From: Oligoflexales bacterium
GTDB lineage: Bacteria; Bdellovibrionota_B; Oligoflexia; Oligoflexales; Bog-1112
DNA length: 64,000 nt
Reading direction: 5' to 3'
Assembly: GCA_045106415.1 (NCBI GenBank)
Contig: JBGCEP010000043.1
Coordinates: forward strand, 9,630-73,629
The notes beneath the pieces were generated by a model. It did not search any database. It saw only the letters and a list, made by a program, of their open reading frames with translations, and had not been told where the DNA came from. Both the position numbers and the translations under genes were made by a program. Numbering within the stretch: the first letter of the stretch is position 1; every line of letters begins with the position of its first letter. Below, in pieces: positions 9,272-18,481 of the stretch.

Positions 9272-10152
9272 CTTTCATTTGCATCTGAGGTTTTCGTTAG
9301 CCATGTTCCTTGCCCTTTAAGGTCCACAACTCGTAGATCATACTGATATGTTTTCATTCCAATTCTACGGCTCCCAGAAAAAGCTATGAAACGCCCATCC
9401 GGACTCCATTTGGGGTCAGCTCCCCACCCTATTTGTTTCGGATCTCCACCGTCTTGACTCAAATAAATTTCTTCCGCATGCGTGGACCACACAATACATC
9501 GACCTTGTGGGCAGACATCAAAAGATTGGATCAAGCGAGTTTTTCCTTTTTTTTCATTCAGGTACTTTGTTCTTTGGGCCGCATTAACCCACAAAACCCC
9601 TTTCGGCGTCACAACATAAGATCCTTTAAATTTATCCATTCCAGGGGCTAAACCTTTAATTTTTAATTGACGGCTATGAACACCATTCAAAAATGGCAAA
9701 TAGATCTTCCAGGTTGCAGGGTCAAAGGATAAATGGCCGGTTTTATGTGGAAAAGATTCAAGGTCAACACTTTTATGCAGAACTCCATCCCAGGCTTGCA
9801 AATGGCTTGAAACAGATTTCCCCTGGCGTCTCAAAGTACGGTAGAACATTCGATAGCCATCTGGTGACCACAGCAACGATGGAGACTTACCTAGTGGTGC
9901 AACACTCCAAATTTTTCTATTTTCTAAATTCAAAATTTTAAGTTTTTGGGAAGATTCCCCTTCAACAAACGCTAGATAACGCCCGCCTGGAGCTAACAAC
10001 AAACGAGAAGGCTCAACAGGCAAACGAAGCCACGGCGTCCCTGCATCTATTTGTGGGGTGAACGAAAAAATCAGAAAAACCAATAAAAAAAAACCCATAC
10101 ACCACCTCCCGGTGAGTTTATTCTCCTTATCATGACTCAACTTGAGTATCAC
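9142..10152 (-). CDS. TolB-like (PD40) beta-propeller protein
   Basis: Repeats LAPGGRYLAF, WSPDGYRMFY, CPQGRCIVW, PKWSPDGRFIAF; signal peptide. Confidence 0.8.
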   Translation of the reverse strand: MILKLSHDKENKLTGRWCMGFFLLVFLIFSFTPQIDAGTPWLRLPVEPSRLLLAPGGRYLAFVEGESSQKLKILNLENRKIWSVAPLGKSPSLLWSPDGYRMFYRTLRRQGKSVSSHLQAWDGVLHKSVDLESFPHKTGHLSFDPATWKIYLPFLNGVHSRQLKIKGLAPGMDKFKGSYVVTPKGVLWVNAAQRTKYLNEKKGKTRLIQSFDVCPQGRCIVWSTHAEEIYLSQDGGDPKQIGWGADPKWSPDGRFIAFSGSRRIGMKTYQYDLRVVDLKGQGTWLTKTSDANERWPQWESHTSLIHAVEKSTDIYRFGLPVSRFFSRVRSSKVKPM

Positions 10153-10231
10153 GCCGACAGAAAATCATGCCGATAAGACTCTTTAGGAAAAAGCTATTCA
10201 TACCGATAAGATGTTTTTTAAGGGAGGTTCT

Positions 10232-10516
10232 ATGAAACTGTCTGTATTTTTACCATGCTTCATGACAGTGATCATCAGCAGCTCTGGTATGAGCCAATCA
10301 AGTAAGGCTATTACTCGCCAAAAAGTTTTTGGTAATGAAAAAACAAGTATAGACTTCGAAGAAGTCGATATTTCAGGACAAAGACGAGCACCTATAGGCT
10401 CCCTTATTCGGCAAAAAGCCGCTGATATTGAACATGACTTTGTTCGACTAAGAATGAGATGGCACCCTGAAATGATCCAATCTGCCAAATCCTTAGAGTA
10501 TGCTCCTAAAAATTAG
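10232..10516 (+). CDS. CglF/GltF-like small secreted protein (gliding-motility family)
   Basis: Signal peptide, then KTSIDFEEVDISG...P......FVRLR..W.PEM..S, the pattern I recall for CglF (T.IDF....I.G...P ... LI..R..F......S); RBS GGAGG. Confidence 0.6.
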   Translation: MKLSVFLPCFMTVIISSSGMSQSSKAITRQKVFGNEKTSIDFEEVDISGQRRAPIGSLIRQKAADIEHDFVRLRMRWHPEMIQSAKSLEYAPKN

Positions 10517-11055
10517 TAACCACTTGTCTTATCTAAAAACTCCCGTACTTTCATGACATCTTCATTTTTCATCTTCATGTATCGATGAAGTAGCCACCCA
10601 TGTCGATCACAAATATAGATGGAGGGGAGGCCTGGGTTGTGAAGACCAGCAACTGTATCTTTCGTTGCTAAAATAGGGTGCTTTAAGCCATGAGCTTTTG
10701 CAAAACCTTCTACATCAGCCTGCAAATCATGCGCAAACAGCCATGAAAAAGTCATTCCTCTAGGAGTCATTTCTTTTTCTATTTTCATTAAATGCTTTAG
10801 CTGATTTTGGCAAGGAACACACCAAGATGCATATAGTATAATAATGTGCATATCGCCATTAGGCGCTTTCTGCGGAACTGCCTCACCCTGCAAGTTATAC
10901 CCATAAACTTTAGGGCACTCCACCCACTCATGGACATAAGTAGCCCCCCCCTTCTTCTCTTTACCTGATCTTTTACCCCACCCTTCTGACGCAAAAAAAA
11001 CAGAAAACAGCAACGATAAAAACCAGATACAGATAGAGCCTCGAGCGGTACACAT
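10513..11055 (-). CDS. TlpA/thioredoxin-like redoxin
   Basis: YASWCVPC (CxxC), GLPSIYICD; signal/TM N-terminus. Confidence 0.85.
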   Translation of the reverse strand: MCTARGSICIWFLSLLFSVFFASEGWGKRSGKEKKGGATYVHEWVECPKVYGYNLQGEAVPQKAPNGDMHIIILYASWCVPCQNQLKHLMKIEKEMTPRGMTFSWLFAHDLQADVEGFAKAHGLKHPILATKDTVAGLHNPGLPSIYICDRHGWLLHRYMKMKNEDVMKVREFLDKTSGY

Positions 11056-11156
11056 AAGCCCTCCTTTATCGAGAAATAAGAGTTATTGTATGTTAGCACG
11101 CAAAATATGACTAAGAAGATTCACTAAGAGCAACTCCACTAAAATCCAGTAATATA

Positions 11157-12443
11157 ATGAAGACTATGATCTTCTCCGCTCACAAAGGCTTTGCAATGAA
11201 CAGCCATACAGACCCTCACGAAAGATGGAAAAAAGGACAAGCAAGCAAATACTGGAGCTTCTCCTGGGACTCGCTAGAAGTTCTCTTATCCGGGCGTTCT
11301 GCAATCGATATGCAAACCTTGCCTTTTTACGACTTTAATGATGCAACTCAGTTTTTAGAGAACTATGGCTACCATTTAAAAAAAGAAAAAGATGCAAAAC
11401 AAGCACACGCAATCCTTGTAGAGGCTATTTTTTTCATTAAAAATACCCTTCTCCCTGAAGAGTGGGCGTCTGGGTGTCAACCACCTCAAGAAATTTTCGA
11501 GTGCTATGACCCCCGCAGACTTTTACTTTGGGCATCTTCTCACAGCTCTTTATTACAAGATCACAGACTCTGGTCGTGTGCGATCTTGCGAGTCATGCAT
11601 ACAATTGCACATCTTGATCGCCTTGAGCTCCATCAAGAGCATGCACACGCTCGTCAACAGATACAAAATCGGTTCTGTAAATATTTCACAACCAAGGACA
11701 ACCAAACATGGTTTGGTCAGGAGCACCAAAAAGTTCCACTCAAAGCCTTGGAGTGGAAGCGGAGAAAGTCTCGACACTCTATTTTGTTAAAACTTCTTCA
11801 TAAACCAAGCAATGTGTCAGAGACTATTTATGACCACCTAGGAATTCGATTCACAACCCACTTCTTATCTGATGCATTTGTCATCCTGAAACAACTTCTC
11901 GAATACAACCTCGTTACATTCGCAAGCACAAACCCTACTCGCGCGCGAAACACTCTTGTTAATATTGAGAATTTCCGAAAAAAAATTGACGACTCTTTAC
12001 TTTTGCACAAACAAGGCAAAATATCTGACGCAAGACTTCTCGACCAAATATCTGATTTAACAGATGAATCTTGTGGGATCCACATTCAAAACCCACACAG
12101 TTCAAGTGAATACAGAAGTATTCAAATTACATGCAGACAAAGAATTAGTTACCCAAATCCAGCTCTTTCATGGATGAAGAAAATGCCTCAATCATCCATA
12201 GAAACTCCATGGTTCCAATTTATCAAAAATTGGCACGGCGTCTCACAAATGCAAGATATCCATGTCTTTTATCCATTTGAAATTCAAATTCAAGACACTC
12301 AAGCTGCATCTGCCAGCTCAGAAAACGGGCTGGCATCACACGAAAACTACAAACAAGCACAGAAAGAAACAGCAAGAAAAAGGGTGGCTAAAGAATTGCT
12401 CGCAAACTTCAACCCCTCCCAAAAACGTCACAAAAAACGATAA
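11157..12443 (+). CDS. TIGR04552/TIGR04562-like protein with RelA/SpoT nucleotidyltransferase fold
   Basis: LKLLHK, IYDHLGIRF, NPHSSSEYRSIQITCRQ, YPFEIQI, SHENYK..Q...ARKRV. Confidence 0.75.
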   Translation: MKTMIFSAHKGFAMNSHTDPHERWKKGQASKYWSFSWDSLEVLLSGRSAIDMQTLPFYDFNDATQFLENYGYHLKKEKDAKQAHAILVEAIFFIKNTLLPEEWASGCQPPQEIFECYDPRRLLLWASSHSSLLQDHRLWSCAILRVMHTIAHLDRLELHQEHAHARQQIQNRFCKYFTTKDNQTWFGQEHQKVPLKALEWKRRKSRHSILLKLLHKPSNVSETIYDHLGIRFTTHFLSDAFVILKQLLEYNLVTFASTNPTRARNTLVNIENFRKKIDDSLLLHKQGKISDARLLDQISDLTDESCGIHIQNPHSSSEYRSIQITCRQRISYPNPALSWMKKMPQSSIETPWFQFIKNWHGVSQMQDIHVFYPFEIQIQDTQAASASSENGLASHENYKQAQKETARKRVAKELLANFNPSQKRHKKR

Positions 12444-12470
12444 CCCACTTTCAACATCATTTTTCTTTCA

Positions 12471-12547
12471 AGGAGTTAAAATCTCCTGGTTGCAACCCAG
12501 CGCTCATCGCGATAGGCTTCGGCGGCCTAGTGTAAGGAGCTTACATA
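12471..12547 (+). promoter_or_regulatory. candidate structured lon 5' leader with the SD in a hairpin
   Basis: Stems AGGAG/CTCCT, CTGG/CCAG, TAGGC/GCCTA and TGTAAG-GAG-CTTACA; the last covers the AAGGAG SD and ends 2 nt before the ATG. Confidence 0.4.
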
Positions 12548-14971
12548 ATGAAAAAAAGCGCAGACCACAGTCAAATAAATGAAAAACATAGTAAGACTCA
12601 AACCATTGACATCTTACCATTTGAAAATACAGTTCTTTTCCCGGGGAATACCATTCCCTTGACATCGCTGTCTGATTTAACGCCCAAGCAGCTCAAAGAT
12701 ATTCAAAGCCACGGAACGATCACAGGCGTCGTTTTACATGACGGCGATGGTTGGGCAAGCACAGGGACGTTTGCGAGCCTCACAGGCGTTTTAAAAACCC
12801 CTGAGGGGGGGCTCGGGGGGCTTTTTCGTGGAGAAACACGTTTTCAAGTCAAAAAAATCCGTGAAACACGTGACGGCAGGTGGGTTGCTGAGGTTCAGGA
12901 GATTGAAGATCGCCCTGCCCGGAGAACACAAAAAACACTCGGCATGACGAAAGCTCTTAAACACCTCATGATACAGCTCCTCACTCAAAGTCCGCAGTGG
13001 GGCGAAGAGTCTCTCGCACTCGCAGGCGTTGTAGATGACCCTCATTCAATTAGCTATTTAATCACACCCATGCTTTCTCTAACCCCCAGAGAAAAACAAG
13101 AAATATTAGAAAACCCTGACCCTCTTGCCAAAATGAAGCTTCTCACTCTTTTAGCAACAAAAGAGCTAGAGCTCATGAAAGCAGCGAATCAGGTTGAAGA
13201 AGAAGCCAAAAGCAGCCTTAATCAAAACATCCGTCGTTCATGGCTCAATGAAAAACTTCAAGCCATTCGCAAAGAACTTGACGAAGTCGATGGTGTCGAA
13301 GATGAAATCGAACAACTCGAGAACTCTTTTCGCGGACTCCCTTTAAGCCCTAAAGTTCAAGAACAAATTCTAAGAGAAATCAAACGTCTTGAGATGATGC
13401 CTCAAGGCTCATCTGAAGCGACAGTTTCTCTTACTTATCTCCAGGCTCTCCACGATCTTCCTTGGGCTGAAGACGAAGTTCAACCTGCACATCCCAAGCA
13501 GATTATGACTCACGCTCAGCAGCTTCTGGACAACGAACATCATGGATTAGAAAAAGTAAAAAATCGTGTTTTAGAGCACCTAGCAGTGATGCTACATCAA
13601 CAAAAAGTGCCAGGGAAAACCCTTCTTCTCGTTGGACCTCCTGGGGTGGGGAAAACCTCGCTAGCAACCTCAATTGCACACGCTCTTCAAAGACCATTCG
13701 CAAGAGTCTCTTTAGGGGGCGTCAAAGATGAGGCGGAAATAAGAGGGCATCGCCGTACCTACGTTGGTGCTATGCCTGGAAAAATCATGCAAGCCATTAA
13801 GCAGGCAGAGTCAAGATCTTCCGTCATTCTGCTTGATGAGATAGACAAAGTTGGCCGTGACCATGGACATGATTTGTCTTCCGCACTGCTTGAAGTGCTC
13901 GATCCCGAGCAAAATAAATCTTTTCAAGACCACTACATAAACGTCCCTTTTGATTTGTCTCAAACATTTTTTGTTGCAACCGCAAACAGCCTTGAAAACA
14001 TCCCAGCACCTCTACGGGACAGGATGGAAGTCATCGAACTTTCTGGGTATACAGATGTCGAGAAAAGCAACATTGCACAAAAGCATTTGATTCCGAAAAT
14101 CAGCACAGAACTTGGTTTAGATCGCAGGCGTTTTCGGTTTAGCGACGACACCCTTGAATACATCATTCGGCATTACACTCGAGAAGCTGGTGTTCGCCAG
14201 CTTTCTAAAACTTTAAGCACACTTGGCCAACGCATGGTTCGCCGTATCGTAGAAGGTAAAAAACAAACCAAGTTTGACACGACTCATATATCTCAAGAGT
14301 TAGGTCCTATGAGGTTTTTAGAAGAGCCAACATACGGAAGTCTACCTGTAGGGGTTGCTCAAGGTCTTGCATATACAGCAATGGGCGGAGATCTCCTTTA
14401 TTTGGAAACAAACCTCAACCCTCTCAGCGAAGGCCGAGGCCGCTTGCTGTTAACTGGGCACCTAGGAAAAGTCATGCAAGAAAGTGTACAAACAGCGCTT
14501 TCTTACCTACATGGTCGCTCCGGAGAGTTAGGAATCGAGCTTAAAATGTTTGAAAAAAATGATATTCACGTTCACTTTCCTGATGGAGCCACTCCAAAGG
14601 ATGGGCCCAGCGCTGGTATCGCTGCTCTTTCAGCTCTTTACAGTCTATTTACAAAGCAACCAATTCCTGCAAACTTTGCAATGACCGGTGAAATCACGCT
14701 ACGTGGGCAAGTTTTACCTGTCGGTGGTATCCGTGAAAAATTTATTGCCGCACATAGATACGGAAAAAAACACATTATCATGCCAGCTCAAAACTGGAAC
14801 GACCTAGAAGAACTACCTAAAGATATCCGCAAAGATCTCCGGTTCTACCCTGTCCACGATATGATGGAAGTTCTGAAAGTCATTGGTCTGATTAAGGGGA
14901 CAAGCCTCGGCCCTCAGACATATAAAGCTTTCACAAAAAAATCACATCTGCCTCAAGGAGAGCTTCATTGA
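12548..14971 (+). CDS. lon: ATP-dependent Lon protease
   Basis: LON N-domain, Walker A GPPGVGKTS, GHRRTYVGAMPG, PKDGPSAG catalytic Ser, GGIREK Lys. Confidence 0.97.
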   Translation: MKKSADHSQINEKHSKTQTIDILPFENTVLFPGNTIPLTSLSDLTPKQLKDIQSHGTITGVVLHDGDGWASTGTFASLTGVLKTPEGGLGGLFRGETRFQVKKIRETRDGRWVAEVQEIEDRPARRTQKTLGMTKALKHLMIQLLTQSPQWGEESLALAGVVDDPHSISYLITPMLSLTPREKQEILENPDPLAKMKLLTLLATKELELMKAANQVEEEAKSSLNQNIRRSWLNEKLQAIRKELDEVDGVEDEIEQLENSFRGLPLSPKVQEQILREIKRLEMMPQGSSEATVSLTYLQALHDLPWAEDEVQPAHPKQIMTHAQQLLDNEHHGLEKVKNRVLEHLAVMLHQQKVPGKTLLLVGPPGVGKTSLATSIAHALQRPFARVSLGGVKDEAEIRGHRRTYVGAMPGKIMQAIKQAESRSSVILLDEIDKVGRDHGHDLSSALLEVLDPEQNKSFQDHYINVPFDLSQTFFVATANSLENIPAPLRDRMEVIELSGYTDVEKSNIAQKHLIPKISTELGLDRRRFRFSDDTLEYIIRHYTREAGVRQLSKTLSTLGQRMVRRIVEGKKQTKFDTTHISQELGPMRFLEEPTYGSLPVGVAQGLAYTAMGGDLLYLETNLNPLSEGRGRLLLTGHLGKVMQESVQTALSYLHGRSGELGIELKMFEKNDIHVHFPDGATPKDGPSAGIAALSALYSLFTKQPIPANFAMTGEITLRGQVLPVGGIREKFIAAHRYGKKHIIMPAQNWNDLEELPKDIRKDLRFYPVHDMMEVLKVIGLIKGTSLGPQTYKAFTKKSHLPQGELH

Positions 14972-16089
14972 GTGAAGTATACGTTGATTACAATGGAACA
15001 GCTCCAGCATCTCAGGCTCACTTTGAAGCATTAATGACGATCTTCAAAGGGGAACCTCTTGGGAACGCATCCAGCACTCACAGATGTGGTCGCAAAATGA
15101 GATTGCTCCGCGAAAACGCCCGCGATGCTATTTGCATTTCTTTAGGTGGTGTTGATGCTGAAAATATCTTTTTTACTTCCGGAGCAACTGAAGCCAACAA
15201 TACTGTTCTTGCTGGGCTTAAAAAACAAGGGCGCCTGATTTACACAGCAGGCGAGCACGCTTCAATCGTCAAGCCCATTCAAGCACGCCATCTCCGCTCA
15301 CAAGAACCTGTCGACTGTATTCCTCTAACACCCGAGGGCACCGTCGACACAGATAAACTCTTAGCAAAGGTCGATACAGAAACAGCTCTGGTTTCTATCA
15401 TGCTGGTCAATAACGAAACCGGCTGCATCAATCCAATAAAAAACATCTCAGAGCAAATTCGCAAAAAAAATCCTACCACTCACATCCACATCGACGCCGT
15501 ACAAGGCTGGGGAAAAATCCCATTAGGGTTTATTTCTCAAGGATGCGTCGATAGCCTTTCTTTATCTGGTCACAAAGTAGGAGGACTCAGCGGCGCTGGG
15601 GCTCTTTATCTTAAAAATCCAGAACAAATCTCATCACTCATCTTAGGCGGAGGCCACGAACACGGTTTTCGAGCTGGCACAGAAAGTATGATGAGCATAG
15701 TTTCTATGGGGCTACGAGCACAAGACATCGAAAAAAACCCAAAATGGCTCCAACACGTCATACCGATTCGTGAAAAACTTGCAAACGACTTAAAAAATAT
15801 GGGATGTAAAATTTGGGAAGGCCCCAACCATACAGGCAACACAATTCGCGTCACTTGCCCTAATCACCCAATAGAAGAAGTGATGCTTCAGTTAGAGATG
15901 AAAAAAATATCAGCATCATCTGGCAGCGCTTGCTCATCAGGAACCCCGACACCAAGCTCAACACTCTTATCCATGGGAGCAACAACCTGGGAAGCTTCTA
16001 ACTCAGTACGAATCTCTTTTGGAGAAGGGAGCCTTGACGAGCACGGTTCTCAGATTTCTCAAGCATTTAAAGAGCTGTTGAAACCCTAG
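14968..16089 (+). CDS. iscS: cysteine desulfurase (IscS/NifS group I)
   Basis: YVDYNGT, GNASSTH, FTSGATEANN, HIDAVQ, SGHKVGG (PLP Lys), SSGSACSSG (catalytic Cys). Confidence 0.88.
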   Translation: MSEVYVDYNGTAPASQAHFEALMTIFKGEPLGNASSTHRCGRKMRLLRENARDAICISLGGVDAENIFFTSGATEANNTVLAGLKKQGRLIYTAGEHASIVKPIQARHLRSQEPVDCIPLTPEGTVDTDKLLAKVDTETALVSIMLVNNETGCINPIKNISEQIRKKNPTTHIHIDAVQGWGKIPLGFISQGCVDSLSLSGHKVGGLSGAGALYLKNPEQISSLILGGGHEHGFRAGTESMMSIVSMGLRAQDIEKNPKWLQHVIPIREKLANDLKNMGCKIWEGPNHTGNTIRVTCPNHPIEEVMLQLEMKKISASSGSACSSGTPTPSSTLLSMGATTWEASNSVRISFGEGSLDEHGSQISQAFKELLKP

Positions 16090-16228
16090 TGCTCGTCAAG
16101 ACAGACGAGGGGTAGGTGCTATAATAAGCACCCATGCGGCAGGATTCTTGAAGATAATGTGACACGCAGCCCGGTACTCAGCACATACGCGGTGATAGGT
16201 TTCTTTTATGTTTGTTCTTTTGAACAAC
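16080..16228 (-). ncRNA. candidate structured non-coding RNA of unknown family
   Basis: GC-rich patch next to a very AT-rich spacer; hairpins CTCGTC/GACGAG, GGTGCT/AGCACC, TTGTTC/GAACAA; terminal pairing GAAACCTA/TAGGGTTTC; sigma28-like promoter just upstream on the minus strand; no useful ORF. Confidence 0.45.
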
Positions 16229-16437
16229 TATGGGTTCGGAAAAACACAAGTCTCCATAAGAAAAGAAACACATAAAACCTTTTATTCTTATAATTACAAA
16301 TACTTAAAAAAGACCCACCTTTTAAACACAAGCTCTTTAAATAATACTATTTTGAAAAAAGCCCCCGATTTCAGCGATTTCATATCGACAAGCCTTCTTC
16401 ACAAAACACTCAATCTTTTTAAAAAAAGGTAATGTTC

Positions 16438-16467
16438 TTGACGGGTCATCTCCCCTCAAAGTACAGT
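16438..16467 (+). promoter_or_regulatory. putative sigma70 promoter of the lol/bam/lpx operon
   Basis: TTGACG-N18-TACAGT upstream of the lolE-like gene. Confidence 0.45.
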
Positions 16468-16523
16468 GCAAGGCATGAGGTCGACATGTTTCAAGTGCCA
16501 TAGCATCTAGCAAAGGGACACTT

Positions 16524-17783
16524 GTGAAGACAAAAAAAAATTGCATATCTTGGATTGCATTTCGCCAGCTCATGAACCGTAAAGGTCGTGGGCTTGGAAC
16601 TATGACTTGGGTTTCCATGTTTGGAGTTGCTATCGGCGTAGCTGCTCTCATCGTTGTGCGTTCTGTTATGTCTGGGATGGCAATCGATTTAAAACAACGC
16701 CTTTTTCTTGGGCTTCCTCATCTTGAGGTTCTGGCTCACAATGCAACTGTTGGCTTTAGTCTTGATGAATTCCCCGAGGACGACATCAAAAAGCACCTGC
16801 CTGGAGCCTCAGGCATAGAGCCTTTTATACAAGCAGATGTCGTTGTGAAAAATCGCAGGCTTATTTCATCTGTGGCTTTATTCGGGGTACAGCCAGACCT
16901 CGGGGGGCAGTTATGGGGTTTTGGCTCTTCCATGATTGAGGGCGAAATCAAAGATCTTGCCTTTGAAGACAAAGATGGTCGACCGGGTATCGTTCTTGGA
17001 GAAAAACTGGCCAGCAGGCTTTCTGTTCATGTTGATGATGTTGTCACAATTTTAAATCCTCAAACTTCAATTTCAAGCGTCTTAGGCGGAGGTTCAATCT
17101 CTAAAGATTTTCGTGTCATCGGATTCTTTCAGACGAATCTCCCTCGCTACGACAGTAAGTACGCTGTTGTTTCCCTTGATGCGGCCCGGCCTTATATGCA
17201 CGACTATGACCCTTCATTGGATGAGGAGCATTACGTCACAGGTGTTGCTATGAATTTCCCAGACCCTGAAATGATTCGTTCTTTCAAAAAGTTTGAACAT
17301 CCACAGTTCCAAGTCAATACGTGGATTGATGTCAATCAATCTCTTCTTTTCGCTCTTGATCTTGAAAGAATCTGTATGGGGGCTGTTCTTTCTTTAATCG
17401 TTCTGGTTGGCGCATTCTCTGTAAGTGGGACACTCATGATGACGGTTTATCACAGCCGCTCTCAAATCGCATTGTTAAGAGCCCTAGGGCTTTGTCGACA
17501 AGATATTATTTTCATTTATATGATTCACGGAGCAGTGATTGGTGGGAGCGGTGCTTTTATGGGGACCTTTCTCGGTTTTATGATTTGTCTCTTTATGTTA
17601 GCTCTCCATGGAGATACACTGCCATGGGTTGTGCCGCATGACGCTATTTTACCAGTCGAAATTTTACCTTTCGATTCTGTTGTTATTGGTGTCTTAGCAA
17701 TGATCTTAACTTTATGTGCTGCCTGTTATCCAGCCCTTGTTGCTTCACGACAAGACCCTGGAAAAGGCCTGAGGATTTTTTAA
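16524..17783 (+). CDS. lolE: lipoprotein-releasing ABC permease LolC/LolE
   Basis: GVAIGVAALIVVRSVMSG, N.SL..AL.LE, IALLRALG, ACYPA..AS..DP; followed by lolD. Confidence 0.9.
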   Translation: MKTKKNCISWIAFRQLMNRKGRGLGTMTWVSMFGVAIGVAALIVVRSVMSGMAIDLKQRLFLGLPHLEVLAHNATVGFSLDEFPEDDIKKHLPGASGIEPFIQADVVVKNRRLISSVALFGVQPDLGGQLWGFGSSMIEGEIKDLAFEDKDGRPGIVLGEKLASRLSVHVDDVVTILNPQTSISSVLGGGSISKDFRVIGFFQTNLPRYDSKYAVVSLDAARPYMHDYDPSLDEEHYVTGVAMNFPDPEMIRSFKKFEHPQFQVNTWIDVNQSLLFALDLERICMGAVLSLIVLVGAFSVSGTLMMTVYHSRSQIALLRALGLCRQDIIFIYMIHGAVIGGSGAFMGTFLGFMICLFMLALHGDTLPWVVPHDAILPVEILPFDSVVIGVLAMILTLCAACYPALVASRQDPGKGLRIF

Positions 17784-18481
17784 TGGCAGATTTATCATCC
17801 AGTATTGTCCTCCAAGACGTTCATAAAATTTATCATATCGAAGCTCAAAAAGTTGAGGCTTTACGCGGTGTCTCTTTAACGCTTAAAAAAGGCCAAATGG
17901 TTGCCGTTACAGGAAAATCAGGGGCAGGAAAAAGCACCTTTCTTCACGTCCTAGGTACCTTAGATCGCCCTACCCATGGAAAAATATTTCTCAATGGCAC
18001 AGATGTGTCTTCCATGAACGACCATCTTGCTTCAACATTCCGAAACTCTACAATAGGGTTTGTTTTTCAAGGCCATAATCTTTTAAGTGAATTTTCCGCC
18101 CTTGAAAACATCATGCTTCCAGGCCTTATTGCTGGGCACCCCCAAGATCTTGTTGAACAACGCGCACACGATATGCTCAAAGCAGTACAGCTCACTCATA
18201 GGAGTCGGCACAGACCCGGCGAATTATCTGGGGGCGAACAGCAAAGAATCGCTATTGCTCGAGCACTTTCCATGGAGCCTCCCATCGTTCTTGCAGATGA
18301 ACCAACAGGAAATCTTGACCAAAAAACAAGCCAAATTATTCAAGAGCTTCTGTTAAGCCTGTGCCACGACCGGCAGATGACAATGGTTCTTGTCACACAC
18401 GACAGAGAACTTGCTGTAAAACTCCCGTACCAAATTGTTATGGAAGATGGACGCATTATTGAAAACGGAGCTCAAAATTGA
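17783..18481 (+). CDS. lolD: lipoprotein-releasing ABC ATPase LolD
   Basis: [34 protein letters not shown]; start overlaps the lolE stop (TAATG). Confidence 0.92.
   Translation: MADLSSSIVLQDVHKIYHIEAQKVEALRGVSLTLKKGQMVAVTGKSGAGKSTFLHVLGTLDRPTHGKIFLNGTDVSSMNDHLASTFRNSTIGFVFQGHNLLSEFSALENIMLPGLIAGHPQDLVEQRAHDMLKAVQLTHRSRHRPGELSGGEQQRIAIARALSMEPPIVLADEPTGNLDQKTSQIIQELLLSLCHDRQMTMVLVTHDRELAVKLPYQIVMEDGRIIENGAQN

Noticed and set aside
16085..16160. SAM-I riboswitch, glmS ribozyme or 6S RNA reading of the structured element
   Set aside because: Only partial resemblance (TCAAGA..GAGGG, GGTGCTA, GACGAGG). It lacks the SAM-I GCAACC core and the glmS AGCGCC site, and it consists of local hairpins rather than a long 6S rod.
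16208..16432. 74-aa ORF in the iscS-lolE spacer
   Set aside because: No RBS, composition typical of translated AT-rich DNA, and it overlaps putative promoter elements.
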